Below are positions 9,060 through 18,948 of a stretch of 64,000 nucleotides of DNA, in pieces (within the stretch, counting starts at the first letter, position 1; every line of letters begins with the position of its first letter). The stretch comes from an uncultured Gammaproteobacteria bacterium (GTDB lineage: Bacteria > Patescibacteriota > Microgenomatia > Levybacterales > GWA1-39-11). The stretch lies in contig CAZAJO010000003.1 in assembly GCA_964485575.1 (NCBI GenBank), positions 19,722-83,721 on the forward strand, written 5' to 3'. A model generated the notes under the pieces. The model did not search any database. It saw only the letters and a list, made by a program, of their open reading frames with translations, and had not been told where the DNA came from. The translations under genes and the position numbers were made by a program.

Positions 9060-10496
9060 ATGCCATTATCTATTAGTAGACATCACCTCAAAAAAATTGT
9101 TAAGAAAACGCACTATTACTCCAAAGGTCCGTTTTGGTTTTTGGTTGGCTTCTCGATAGCTGGTCTTACTATCATCTCCATTTGCATAATAGTTTTTCAG
9201 AATATGTATAAGGATATCGTTATCCCGGGTGTATACGTTGATAGTCTTGATGTCAGCGGCAAGACACAAACTCAAATCGAAAATATCTATGACAATAAAA
9301 ATGAACAGATCAAAAATACTACATTTACCTTTACCTTCAATGACCTTGTTGCAACAGCATCGGCAAAGGAGCTAGGTATAGGGTATGATTCAAAATTGAT
9401 AGCTCAACAGGCAGAAAGTTTGGGTAAATCTTCAAATCTTCTAACCAATATATTTATAGTAGCAACCTCTTATATGAATGGAACGACACTTCATTCCTCC
9501 TACACTTTCAACTCTGACAAATTTGCAGAGCTCGTAAAACCGATGCAAGAGAAAGCATACAAAGAGCCGATCAATGCACAATTTGAAGTTGAGAATAATA
9601 GAGTCAAAACCTTCAAAGAATCTAAAGATGGCACACAACTAGACGTTGCCAAAGCTCAACAATTCATGGAAGAAGCTGTTGGAAAAGCAGTTAAGGGTGG
9701 TGCGACACAAAATTTTAATTTCCAAATTCCTGCTATAACACTAAAACCAGATGTTACGACTGAAGAAGCTAATTCATTTGGGATTGTTGAGGAGATAGGT
9801 TCAGGCACCTCTTTATATAATCACTCTATCCCAAATAGGATCCATAACGTAAAACTTGCAGCGTCTCGAGTAACTGGAATTTTAGTGAAACCAGGTGAGG
9901 AGTTTTCTTTCGATAAGTATTTAGGGGATGTATCAAGGGCAACTGGATACGCAACCGCGTATGTCATTTCCGGTGGAAAGACAGTCCTTGGCGACGGTGG
10001 TGGCGTGTGCCAGGTTTCAACAACGCTATTTCGAGCGATTCTCAACGCCGGACTGCCAATAACGGAAAGGCATGCTCATGCTTATCGTGTTGGATACTAT
10101 GAAGAAGAATCACCTCCGGGAATTGATGCCACCGTCTTTTATCCATCAGTTGATCTTAAATTCGTAAATGACACGGGAAACTATATCCTTATTCAGTCAA
10201 AAGCATCTGAAGATGAACTAAGACTTACCTATACTCTTTACGGAAAGAAGGATGGAAGAACAATTACTATGACAACACCGATTGTCACCGGGTATTCTCC
10301 TGCACCTGAAGCTCTCAGGCAAGATGATCCGACACTTCCAAAAGGAACAGTAAAACAAATCGACTTTGCGGCAGCTGGTGCAACCACTTCATTTCGAAGG
10401 ACAGTAAAGGATAAGAATGGTAAGATCATGATTGATGAGAATTATGTCTCAAGGTACGCTCCTTGGCGGGCTGTATTTTTGGTTGGCACAGGTTAG
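9060..10496 (+). CDS. VanW-family protein with peptidoglycan-binding/G5-like regions
   Basis: GGGVCQVSTTLFRA, ITERHAH, GIDATV. Confidence 0.92.
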   Translation: MPLSISRHHLKKIVKKTHYYSKGPFWFLVGFSIAGLTIISICIIVFQNMYKDIVIPGVYVDSLDVSGKTQTQIENIYDNKNEQIKNTTFTFTFNDLVATASAKELGIGYDSKLIAQQAESLGKSSNLLTNIFIVATSYMNGTTLHSSYTFNSDKFAELVKPMQEKAYKEPINAQFEVENNRVKTFKESKDGTQLDVAKAQQFMEEAVGKAVKGGATQNFNFQIPAITLKPDVTTEEANSFGIVEEIGSGTSLYNHSIPNRIHNVKLAASRVTGILVKPGEEFSFDKYLGDVSRATGYATAYVISGGKTVLGDGGGVCQVSTTLFRAILNAGLPITERHAHAYRVGYYEEESPPGIDATVFYPSVDLKFVNDTGNYILIQSKASEDELRLTYTLYGKKDGRTITMTTPIVTGYSPAPEALRQDDPTLPKGTVKQIDFAAAGATTSFRRTVKDKNGKIMIDENYVSRYAPWRAVFLVGTG

Positions 10497-10510
10497 AATA
10501 CTGTTAGCTT

Positions 10511-11503
10511 ATGGCAAATAAAAAAATCGCTATCTTTTGTGGTGGACCATCTTCTGAACACGAAGTGTCTCTTCTTAGCTCTAAAAATATTTACAAATTC
10601 ATTGATAAATCCAAGTACTCAGTCGTTTTCTTTTATATAACAAAGGATCTAAAATGTAGATTTGCTGATGACCTGGATGCACTTGAGAAAAATTCGGATT
10701 CAGATCTAACGTTCCTTGACGGGTTAACAAAAATAAAATCAGAAAATTATTTCGCGCTTCTTGCCGGGCTTCACGGAGAATTTGTCGAAGATGGAAAAAT
10801 CCAAACAATTCTGGAGTACTTTAAAATTCCTTATTTAGGTTCTGGTCCTGCTGCAAGTTCATTGGCAATGGATAAATACCGGGCTTCACTGCTTATAGGT
10901 ACTTTAAAGAATGTACTTATTCCTAAAACCTTCAAGGTGGAAAAGAACAACTCTATACCAAAAGGATTTTCTACATCACTCGTCGTAAAACCGAATACGA
11001 TGGGCTCAAGCATCGGAATATCTATAGTTAAATCAGAAGATGAATTTCGTAAGGCTGTCGAATATATAAAAACAAACTATCCATCACAGGAAATAATAGC
11101 CCAAGAATATTTGGAAGGCGCGGTTGAGATCCAATGTGGAGTCCTTCAGAAAAAAGACGGTAATTTCGTGGTGCTTCCTCCTATCGAAATCATTCCTAAA
11201 AAGAATGTGTTTTTTGATTATGATTCTAAATATCTTGTTGGGGGTGCGACTGAGATAACACCACCGGTAAGCGTTACTAAGAAAGTTGCTGATGAACTTT
11301 CTCAACTATCTATAGACGTACACGTACTTTTAGGACTACGGACTTATTCAAGAAATGATTTTCTTATTCATAAGAAAAAAATCTATTTTCTAGAAGCAAA
11401 TACTCTTCCAGGTATGACTGCTACTTCGCTCCTACCCCAGGAGGCAAAGGCAATCGGAATTTCATACACTCAACTTTTAGACTTTCTTATTGAAAACGCA
11501 TGA
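10511..11503 (+). CDS. ddl: D-alanine--D-alanine ligase
   Basis: GGPSSEHEVSL, LHGEFVEDG, GSSIG, EANTLPGMT. Confidence 0.95.
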   Translation: MANKKIAIFCGGPSSEHEVSLLSSKNIYKFIDKSKYSVVFFYITKDLKCRFADDLDALEKNSDSDLTFLDGLTKIKSENYFALLAGLHGEFVEDGKIQTILEYFKIPYLGSGPAASSLAMDKYRASLLIGTLKNVLIPKTFKVEKNNSIPKGFSTSLVVKPNTMGSSIGISIVKSEDEFRKAVEYIKTNYPSQEIIAQEYLEGAVEIQCGVLQKKDGNFVVLPPIEIIPKKNVFFDYDSKYLVGGATEITPPVSVTKKVADELSQLSIDVHVLLGLRTYSRNDFLIHKKKIYFLEANTLPGMTATSLLPQEAKAIGISYTQLLDFLIENA

Positions 11504-11952
11504 CCAAGATTCTTACTGACAGTAATTTCGCCGATATCCCAAAAGAAGGAATCGTGCTTGCTGGAGGTTGTTTTGACGTAATTCATTTAGCCCACATAAA
11601 ATTCCTAAAACTAGCAAAAGAGAAAGGACAATTTTTGGTACTACTTCTTGAAAGCGATGAAAATATTAGGCAAATGAAAGGTAAATATAGGCCAGTGAAC
11701 AATCAAATTACTCGTGCAGAAAATTTATCCAAGCTAGAAACCGTTGACTATATTATTTTACTCAAAAAGCCCACTTCGTCCAACTATTACGAAAACATTG
11801 TAAAATCAATTCAGCCTGATATAATTGCAGTAACTAAAGGAGACCCCATGCTTTCAGTTAAAAAATTGCAGGCAGAGGAGGTCAACGGAAAAGTTATCGA
11901 AGTCATGGAGAGAAATAAAGAATTCTCCTCAACCAGAATAATTGAAAATTGA
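11500..11952 (+). CDS. Cytidylyltransferase-family protein (RfaE domain II/TagD/FAD synthase-like)
   Basis: GGCFDVIHLAH (HxxH), C-terminal SSTRII. Confidence 0.85.
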   Translation: MTKILTDSNFADIPKEGIVLAGGCFDVIHLAHIKFLKLAKEKGQFLVLLLESDENIRQMKGKYRPVNNQITRAENLSKLETVDYIILLKKPTSSNYYENIVKSIQPDIIAVTKGDPMLSVKKLQAEEVNGKVIEVMERNKEFSSTRIIEN

Positions 11953-12059
11953 GTTTATACCAGATAACTCTTGCTCAAATTTCCAACTGAAAATTTGAGC
12001 TGAGACTCTCGGTATAACATTTCGCTCAAGGACTGTTATTTGTAAAAGGAGCTCATATT

Positions 12060-12530
12060 ATGAAAAAAATACTTTTAGCATACGGAGCATTAGTTGTAGT
12101 TGTTGTCCTCTTGGCTTTTGCCAAATTCAACGGCTTTAATTTTCTGTCTTCATTCGGCGGAAAGTCTGTTGTCGTGAACAATCATTCATATAAACTTCTT
12201 ATCGCAAACGATGACAAGACAAGACAGGTAGGACTCTCGAAAAGAAAATCTTTAGATAAAAATACCGGAATGCTTTTCATTTTCCAAAAGAAGGGTGTAT
12301 ATAGCTTTTGGATGAAAGATACTGAAATTCCACTAGATATGCTTTTTATAGATGGGGATAAAATCATCTATATCGTAAAGAATGCACCGCCTCAAGCAGG
12401 AAAAAGTGGACTCCTTCCTATATATACACCACCATCTGAGATAAATTATGTCTTAGAACTTAATGGTGGAGAAGTTGATAAAAATAAAATAAAAACTGGT
12501 GACAAAATTACTCTCAAAGGAGTTAAATAG
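12060..12530 (+). CDS. DUF192-family protein
   Basis: GMLFIF, FWMKDTEIPLDMLF, YVLELNGG. Confidence 0.88.
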   Translation: MKKILLAYGALVVVVVLLAFAKFNGFNFLSSFGGKSVVVNNHSYKLLIANDDKTRQVGLSKRKSLDKNTGMLFIFQKKGVYSFWMKDTEIPLDMLFIDGDKIIYIVKNAPPQAGKSGLLPIYTPPSEINYVLELNGGEVDKNKIKTGDKITLKGVK

Positions 12531-12540
12531 TAATTCCCCT

Positions 12541-13704
12541 ATGCGCATCCTTGCCATTGAATCTTCATGTGATGAAACGTCTGCTGCAGTTCTGGAAAAA
12601 AATGGTGACGAGATTGTTGTACTCTCCAACATAACTGCTACCTCTCTTGAAATGCATGCTGCAACAGGAGGCATTATCCCTGAGAATGCAGCCCGCATGC
12701 AGGTAAAATACATCCTTCCAGTGATAGTAGAAGCACTCAATAAAAGTAAGGGGATGAACGGTGGATGGAAAACGGCGAGGGTAATTTTGAAAGATGATAT
12801 TGATGCGATTGCCGTAACGTATGGGCCAGGCCTTATTGGAAGTCTTCTTGTTGGTGTTGAGACCGTCAAAACACTAGCTTACGTTTTTGACAAACCAATT
12901 ATTCCAGTCAATCATCTACTCGCACACATATATGCAAACTTCCTTAGCGTAAATCCGAAAAAACTAAACCTTAAACCCTCTGCACTTGATATAACTAAAC
13001 CCTTTCCTTTTATAGGGCTTATTGTATCCGGTGGGCATACTGATTTACTTCTATTCAAAAAACACGGTGACTATGAATGGCTTGGGGGAACAAGAGATGA
13101 TGCTGCCGGTGAAGCTTTTGATAAGACTGGACGGATACTAGGTCTACCCTACCCAGCAGGCCCAGAGATTGAACGTCGTGCAAATTTAGTCACAAAAACT
13201 GATATCCGCTTTAAAAGCCCAATCATTGGGGAAGATAATTTTGACTTTTCATTTTCAGGACTTAAGACGGAGGTAAGCAGGTATATCGAAAGTGCAGGGG
13301 TGGCTAGCGGGGGGGGACCACCGTCGAGTGCCCGCAACCTGAGTGAAACGAATGGTGAGGACATCGGACGGGGGAGGAGCGACGGCAGGACCCCGTTAGT
13401 AAACCAAATTTGTTATGCCACGCAAAAAGCAATCATTGATGTCCTTGTCAAAAAGACGCTAAAAGCAGCTGAGAGATATAATTGTTCAACTATTTTGGTA
13501 GGAGGCGGGGTATCTGCTAACCAAACTCTTAGAAAAGAGTTTGAACTACAAACTGCAAAATACAAACTACAAACTAACATTGTTTTTCCAGAAAAAAAAT
13601 ACTCTACTGACAATGGTGCTATGATCGGAGCTTATGCATTGCTCAATCAAGCTCCAGTAACATGGAAAGAAGTCAACGCAAATCCTGAATTGTATTTTGC
13701 CTGA
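12541..13704 (+). CDS. tsaD: tRNA threonylcarbamoyltransferase TsaD, with an in-frame ~35-aa insertion
   Basis: ILAIESSCDETS, GPGL, HLLAH, SGGHT, DDAAGEAFDK, TDNGAMI; start taken at ATG 12541. Confidence 0.96.
   Translation: MRILAIESSCDETSAAVLEKNGDEIVVLSNITATSLEMHAATGGIIPENAARMQVKYILPVIVEALNKSKGMNGGWKTARVILKDDIDAIAVTYGPGLIGSLLVGVETVKTLAYVFDKPIIPVNHLLAHIYANFLSVNPKKLNLKPSALDITKPFPFIGLIVSGGHTDLLLFKKHGDYEWLGGTRDDAAGEAFDKTGRILGLPYPAGPEIERRANLVTKTDIRFKSPIIGEDNFDFSFSGLKTEVSRYIESAGVASGGGPPSSARNLSETNGEDIGRGRSDGRTPLVNQICYATQKAIIDVLVKKTLKAAERYNCSTILVGGGVSANQTLRKEFELQTAKYKLQTNIVFPEKKYSTDNGAMIGAYALLNQAPVTWKEVNANPELYFA
13299..13405. repeat. GC-rich palindromic element inserted in frame in tsaD
   Basis: CTAGCGGGG/CCCCGTTAG and CCGTCG/CGACGG nested stems; encodes non-TsaD-like GVASGGGPPSSARNLSETNGEDIGRGRSDGRTPL. 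Confidence 0.7.
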
Positions 13705-13802
13705 CCTCTTGCAAAGCATTTAAAAACCCCTTATACTCCCTCATTCACGGACAAATTTGAAAAAGGGCCACTGTGATATACTGGTTTTTGTCTGTAAAAA
13801 CT

Positions 13803-15833
13803 ATGGTAAAAGATGTAATTTTAGTAGAAAGTCCAACCAAGGCAAAGACATTGACCCGTTTTCTTGCAGGTAAATATACAGTGATTGCTTCAATGGGACA
13901 CATCCGCGATCTTCCTAAAAGTAAGCTTGGTGTTGATCTTGAAAATAATTTTGAGCCTCAATACATCATCCCTAAAGATAAGCAAAAGACCGTAAAGGAA
14001 CTGAAAGAAAAAGTAAAAGGTGCAAAACTAGTTATTCTAGCAACTGACCCTGACCGGGAAGGGGAAGCAATCTCTTTTCATCTTCATGAAATATTAAAAG
14101 ACTTCAACAAAAAAGCAGATTTTGAAAGGATTGTATTTCACGAAATCACCAAAGGTGCAATTGACGAAGCCATGACTCATAAAAGAAAAATTGATCAGGA
14201 TCTAGTGAATGCTCAGACAGCACGAAGAGTCTTGGATAGAGTCGTTGGATATAAGCTCTCCCCTATTCTATGGAAAAAAGTAAAACGCCATCTGTCTGCT
14301 GGCCGTGTGCAGTCAGTCGCATTGAGACTAATTGTTGAGCGCGAAAGTGAAATCAAGAAGTTTGAAAGCAAAACTTTCTTCAGGGTCCTTCTTGATGTTA
14401 ATAAAAAGGATGACACAAATGTTGTCGAATTTGAATTAACAAAAATTGATAATGAAAAAATTGAAAGCTCTACGCAAATAGACCTTTATGATGGTACATA
14501 TAAATATGCGTCAACCTCCGTTACCAAAGAACTTGCAGAATCAGTTCTTAACGATATTAAAGAACAAGGGCTTACTATCATCGATGTCCAACAAAAAGAA
14601 ACCAGACGTTCACCATATCCTCCATTTATAACATCGACATTGCAACAAGCAGCATTCAGAAGATTTGGATATGCCGGAAAAAGGACGATGTCACTTGCTC
14701 AAAGACTTTATGAAGAAGGTTTTATCACATATCACAGAACAGATTCTTTTAACCTTTCAGATGTATTTATCAAATCATCGAGAGAATATATCGAGAAAGA
14801 ACTTGGAAAAGAGTACTTATCACCCGAAGTTAAAGTATTTAAAACCAAATCCAAATCCGCACAAGAAGCACACGAAGCAATAAGACCTGTCAACATAGAA
14901 AGTAAAAAAGAAACAATCAAAAGAGAACTTGGAAATGATTATGCAAATCTATACGATCTTATTTTCAGACGGGCAGTTGCTACTCAAATGTCTGATGCTA
15001 TATTTGGATCGACAAAATTAGTTGGAGAAATCAAGAAAGATAAATCTTATATATTTGAAGCTTCAGGAAGTGTTATGAAATTCCCAGGATTTTTAAAAGT
15101 CTACTCTATCAAAGAAGATGATACTCAAATTCTTCCGGAGATTACGACAGGAGAAATACTAGAGTACAACGATTCAAGAGTCAGTGAGCACACTACCACT
15201 CCTCCACCAAGATACAACGAAGCATCACTTATAAGTTCTTTGGAAAAACACGGCATCGGTCGACCATCAACGTATGCACCAATCATCTCGACCCTTTTTG
15301 ACAGATTGTATGTTGAGAAAAACGAAGCAAGACTTTCCCCTACTGAAATTGGAATATCCGTAACAGAATTTTTAGTTAAGAACTTTTCAAATATCGATGA
15401 TATTCCATTTACTGCAAGGATGGAAGAAGAGTTAGATGAAATTGCTGAAGGAAAAATAAAATGGCAACCAATGATCAAAGAGTTTTATACACCGTTTGCA
15501 AAACAACTAAAGGAGGCTGAGAATGCTGAAGGAGTTAAAATAGAGATTGAATATTCTGACCGGATGTGTCCAAAAGATAATGGTAGGCTTATTTTCAGAC
15601 AGTCTAAATTTGGAAAATTTTTGGCATGCGAGAATTTCCCTGAATGTAGATTCACCGAGTCAGTGACAGAAACTTTGGATATTCCTTGTCCAAAAGATGG
15701 AGGACGGATAGTCATGAAAAGAACAAGAAAAGGAAGAACTTTTTATGGATGTTCTAATTATCCGAATTGCGACTTTGCAGTTTGGAAGAAAGAAGACGTA
15801 GTGCCAAAAGAAGCCCCATCAACTTCTAGCTAA
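13803..15833 (+). CDS. topA: DNA topoisomerase I
   Basis: VESPTKAKT, ATDPDREGEAI, SAGRVQS, ITYHRTDS, C-terminal Zn ribbons; start taken at ATG 13803. Confidence 0.97.
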   Translation: MVKDVILVESPTKAKTLTRFLAGKYTVIASMGHIRDLPKSKLGVDLENNFEPQYIIPKDKQKTVKELKEKVKGAKLVILATDPDREGEAISFHLHEILKDFNKKADFERIVFHEITKGAIDEAMTHKRKIDQDLVNAQTARRVLDRVVGYKLSPILWKKVKRHLSAGRVQSVALRLIVERESEIKKFESKTFFRVLLDVNKKDDTNVVEFELTKIDNEKIESSTQIDLYDGTYKYASTSVTKELAESVLNDIKEQGLTIIDVQQKETRRSPYPPFITSTLQQAAFRRFGYAGKRTMSLAQRLYEEGFITYHRTDSFNLSDVFIKSSREYIEKELGKEYLSPEVKVFKTKSKSAQEAHEAIRPVNIESKKETIKRELGNDYANLYDLIFRRAVATQMSDAIFGSTKLVGEIKKDKSYIFEASGSVMKFPGFLKVYSIKEDDTQILPEITTGEILEYNDSRVSEHTTTPPPRYNEASLISSLEKHGIGRPSTYAPIISTLFDRLYVEKNEARLSPTEIGISVTEFLVKNFSNIDDIPFTARMEEELDEIAEGKIKWQPMIKEFYTPFAKQLKEAENAEGVKIEIEYSDRMCPKDNGRLIFRQSKFGKFLACENFPECRFTESVTETLDIPCPKDGGRIVMKRTRKGRTFYGCSNYPNCDFAVWKKEDVVPKEAPSTSS

Positions 15834-15834
15834 T

Positions 15835-16383
15835 ATGGATATTAAAAAACTTGGAGCAGAAGATCTCAGAGTCGTAACGCCAACAGAAGAACAGCTAAAA
15901 CAGGTCAAAGCATCGCGTCAAGAACTATATATCATTCTTGATAATGTTTTGGACACATATAATATAGGAAGCATCTTTCGCCTTGCCGATGCCGTAGGTG
16001 CAAAAAAGATATTGCTATGTAATGGTAGTGAAACACCACCAAATTCACGGATCCAAAAATCATCGATCGGAACCTGGCAATGGGTTGAATGGGAATACTT
16101 CGATTCAACGGCAAAAGCCATTGAAAACTTAAAACTTAAAACCGAAAACTTAAAAGTAATTGCTGTTGAGTTGGACGACAAAGCAATTGATTATACAAAG
16201 GCCGACTACACTCTTCCAATTGCTCTTGTTGTCGGACATGAATCCGATGGAATAAGTCGAGAAATATTGGACATGTGTGACGAAATTGTCCAACTTCCAC
16301 AGCTTGGGATAAATAAAAGTCTTAACGTGATGGTATCCTTAGGAATTGTCCTTTATGAAGTCTTAGAAAAAACAAACTCCTGA
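15835..16383 (+). CDS. TrmH/SpoU-family RNA methyltransferase
   Basis: NIGSIFRLADA, VGHESDG, SLNV. Confidence 0.92.
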   Translation: MDIKKLGAEDLRVVTPTEEQLKQVKASRQELYIILDNVLDTYNIGSIFRLADAVGAKKILLCNGSETPPNSRIQKSSIGTWQWVEWEYFDSTAKAIENLKLKTENLKVIAVELDDKAIDYTKADYTLPIALVVGHESDGISREILDMCDEIVQLPQLGINKSLNVMVSLGIVLYEVLEKTNS

Positions 16384-16460
16384 GTCTGAACTAGGTATTT
16401 TTCGGGTGACCCGACTGGGGAACCCCCACCTTGCAGTTCTATGGTAGAATATAGGTCATT

Positions 16461-17426
16461 GTGAATATGGAACTGCTCGTTTTATCCTCAATCCTCATCG
16501 TCGGATTTTCAATTGTTATCTATCTGATTGTAAAAAAACAAAGCTCTAATCAGGACAGTACCGTTGTCGAATGGCTCAAGTCTATGGATAAAAGACTCGA
16601 CAATAATTCCCAAGAAGTAAACACAAGACTAAATAATGCCGCGGTTGCTTTTGCTTCTGTCCAAAAAAGTCTTGGTGAGATGAGCGAGATAGGTCGTTCA
16701 ATGCATGATCTCCAAGAATTTCTGAATAGTCCAAAATTGAGAGGAAATATAGGAGAGCAAGTCTTGAAAGAACTACTTTCACAATTTCTACCAAAAAATA
16801 CGTATAAATTTCAACACAGATTCAAGACAGGAAGCATAGTGGATGCCATCATCATTACCGCTGGAGGCACTATCCCAATTGATAGTAAATTCCCCATGGA
16901 AAATTTCAGAAAAATTGCAACAACTCTCGACGAGAAAGAAAAGAAATTAGTAGAAAAAGAATTTATCAACGATATAAAAAAACATATTGATGCTATTTCA
17001 TCAAAATATATATTAACAAATGAAGGGACGATTGATTTTGCGTTGATGTATGTACCCTCTGAATCAGTCTATTACGAAATAGCAAATGAGAGTACACTTT
17101 ATGACCATGCAACAAAAAAAAGAGTTTTGGCAGTAAGTCCCATGACATTTTACGCATTTTTGCGCACAATCCTCATAGGATTTGAGGGACAAAAAATATC
17201 ACAGCAAGCAAATAAAATTTTATCTAATTTAAGATCTATCCAAAAAGAATATGAGAAAACTAATGAGACTTTGGAAACTTTAGGACGTCATGTGACAAAT
17301 TCATATAACATGATGACGCAAGTCTCATCATCATTTGGGAAATTAGGACAACAAATTGATACCACAAACCAGCTAGGAGAAGTGATTGATGATGAACCTG
17401 TCATTCCTGCGAAGGCAGGAATCTAG
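16461..17426 (+). CDS. rmuC: DNA recombination protein RmuC family
   Basis: RGNIGE, IPIDSKFP, DFALMYVPSESVY. Confidence 0.9.
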   Translation: MNMELLVLSSILIVGFSIVIYLIVKKQSSNQDSTVVEWLKSMDKRLDNNSQEVNTRLNNAAVAFASVQKSLGEMSEIGRSMHDLQEFLNSPKLRGNIGEQVLKELLSQFLPKNTYKFQHRFKTGSIVDAIIITAGGTIPIDSKFPMENFRKIATTLDEKEKKLVEKEFINDIKKHIDAISSKYILTNEGTIDFALMYVPSESVYYEIANESTLYDHATKKRVLAVSPMTFYAFLRTILIGFEGQKISQQANKILSNLRSIQKEYEKTNETLETLGRHVTNSYNMMTQVSSSFGKLGQQIDTTNQLGEVIDDEPVIPAKAGI

Positions 17427-17458
17427 TATTCTGGATCCCGCATCGAGTGCGGGATGAC
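17400..17458. repeat. REP/dRS3/RPE-like palindromic pair overlapping the rmuC stop
   Basis: GTCATTCCTGCGAAGGCAGGAATCTAG...CTGGATCCCGCATCGAGTGCGGGATGAC; encodes VIPAKAGI. Confidence 0.8.
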
Positions 17459-17462
17459 TGTG

Positions 17463-18188
17463 TCAGTATCCTTCGAATTCTTCAAATATTATTTTTTCAC
17501 TAAACACTCCCATCCCTCTTACCGCTTCTTTGAGAGCTGTTACCATTGCAGGTGGTCCGGAAAAGAAGTACTTGGAAACATTCAATTCTGAAACGTATTT
17601 CTTGATCATCGTTTCATCAATTCTCCCTATCTCACCATCCCATTCTGAAGGAACCAAACTTTCTTCTGTCAAGGTTGGTACATATGAAAAATTATCCATA
17701 TGATTGTTGGCCTGTCTAAAAAAGTCATCAAAGATCATCTCTTCTCTATTTTTCCAAGAGACAAATAAAATCATTTGAGTGTCCAAATTTTTCTCCGTCG
17801 CATATTTTACAATCGAATGATATGGAGTTATCCCAATTCCCCCAGCCAAAAAAACATGAGGAGATTTATCATGTTCATCAAAATTCAAATCATTCCACGG
17901 TCCATCAAACTGTACCTGCTCTCCTGGTTTCAGTTCTGCAAGTCTCATTTTAAAAGTGCTTTGGATTATTCGAGTTGTGATAGTATAAAATTCACGATCT
18001 AAGGGACTTGAACTAATAGTAAATACGTGTACATCTCCCCGCTCATCAGGATTTTTTATATCAAGCTTTATCTCAAAATATTGCCCTGGTGTGAATTCAG
18101 GTGACTCAGGTGTCCTCTTAAAATAGAAGGTGTAACAATCATTAGTTAACTGTTCCTTCTTAATTAATGGTAAGATAAAATTACCCAT
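17463..18188 (-). CDS. FAD/NAD(P)-binding oxidoreductase (FNR-like)
   Basis: FTPGQY, FTISSSP, AGGIGITP, SGPPAMV, terminal EEFEGY. Confidence 0.9.
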   Translation of the reverse strand: MGNFILPLIKKEQLTNDCYTFYFKRTPESPEFTPGQYFEIKLDIKNPDERGDVHVFTISSSPLDREFYTITTRIIQSTFKMRLAELKPGEQVQFDGPWNDLNFDEHDKSPHVFLAGGIGITPYHSIVKYATEKNLDTQMILFVSWKNREEMIFDDFFRQANNHMDNFSYVPTLTEESLVPSEWDGEIGRIDETMIKKYVSELNVSKYFFSGPPAMVTALKEAVRGMGVFSEKIIFEEFEGY

Positions 18189-18948
18189 GGTCAATATTAT
18201 TATAGCATTGGCAATATCGCTTTTAATCCAAATTGTATTTTTTATTTTCGCATATCATTACAAAACGGATAAGGTTACAGATCTTTCTTATGGTCTAACA
18301 TTTATTGTAATAATGATCTTCTTACTTGTTAAGAACGGTGTATCAATTCCTAACCTAATAGTTACTACTCTAGTAATTTTGTGGGCTTTACGACTGACAT
18401 GCTATTTGTTTATTCGGATTCAAAACATTAAAAAGGATGCGAGATTTGATGGTATCCGTGAGAAATTTGTTTCCTTTGCAAAGTTTTGGTTATTGCAAGG
18501 AATAGCCATTTGGGTAATATTATTACCAATCACAGTGTTTACCGAGTATTCATCAAGTTATACATTCAACATCCAACAATTTATTGGATTCTTTATTTTT
18601 ATGCTTGGACTCGTTATTGAAACAGTTTCAGATTATCAAAAATATTTGTTTAAAAGCAAGGGCAATAAAAGTTGGATCCAAACTGGTTTGTGGAGATACG
18701 CTCGTCATCCAAATTATTTCGGTGAAATGCTATGTTGGTGGGGAATCTTTATTATTTGTACCCACTCACTATCAATTCTTTTCTTAACTATAATCGGCCC
18801 TTTGTCTATTACGTTTTTACTTATGTTTGTGACTGGGATACCGCCATTGGAAAAAAGGTACAATCAGAAATTTAAAGAGGATAGTAAATATCAAATGTAT
18901 AAAAAAGAGTCAAACCTCTTAGTTCCTGTACCATTTAAGTTTTTCTAA
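18187..18948 (+). CDS. DUF1295 / steroid 5-alpha-reductase-like membrane protein
   Basis: D..YG, DARF, GLWRYARHPNYFGE, GIPPLE. Confidence 0.9.
   Translation: MVNIIIALAISLLIQIVFFIFAYHYKTDKVTDLSYGLTFIVIMIFLLVKNGVSIPNLIVTTLVILWALRLTCYLFIRIQNIKKDARFDGIREKFVSFAKFWLLQGIAIWVILLPITVFTEYSSSYTFNIQQFIGFFIFMLGLVIETVSDYQKYLFKSKGNKSWIQTGLWRYARHPNYFGEMLCWWGIFIICTHSLSILFLTIIGPLSITFLLMFVTGIPPLEKRYNQKFKEDSKYQMYKKESNLLVPVPFKFF

Noticed and set aside
9060-11503. vanW plus ddl as a vancomycin resistance cluster
   Set aside because: No vanH/vanX/vanRS; VanW-domain proteins are common cell-wall proteins
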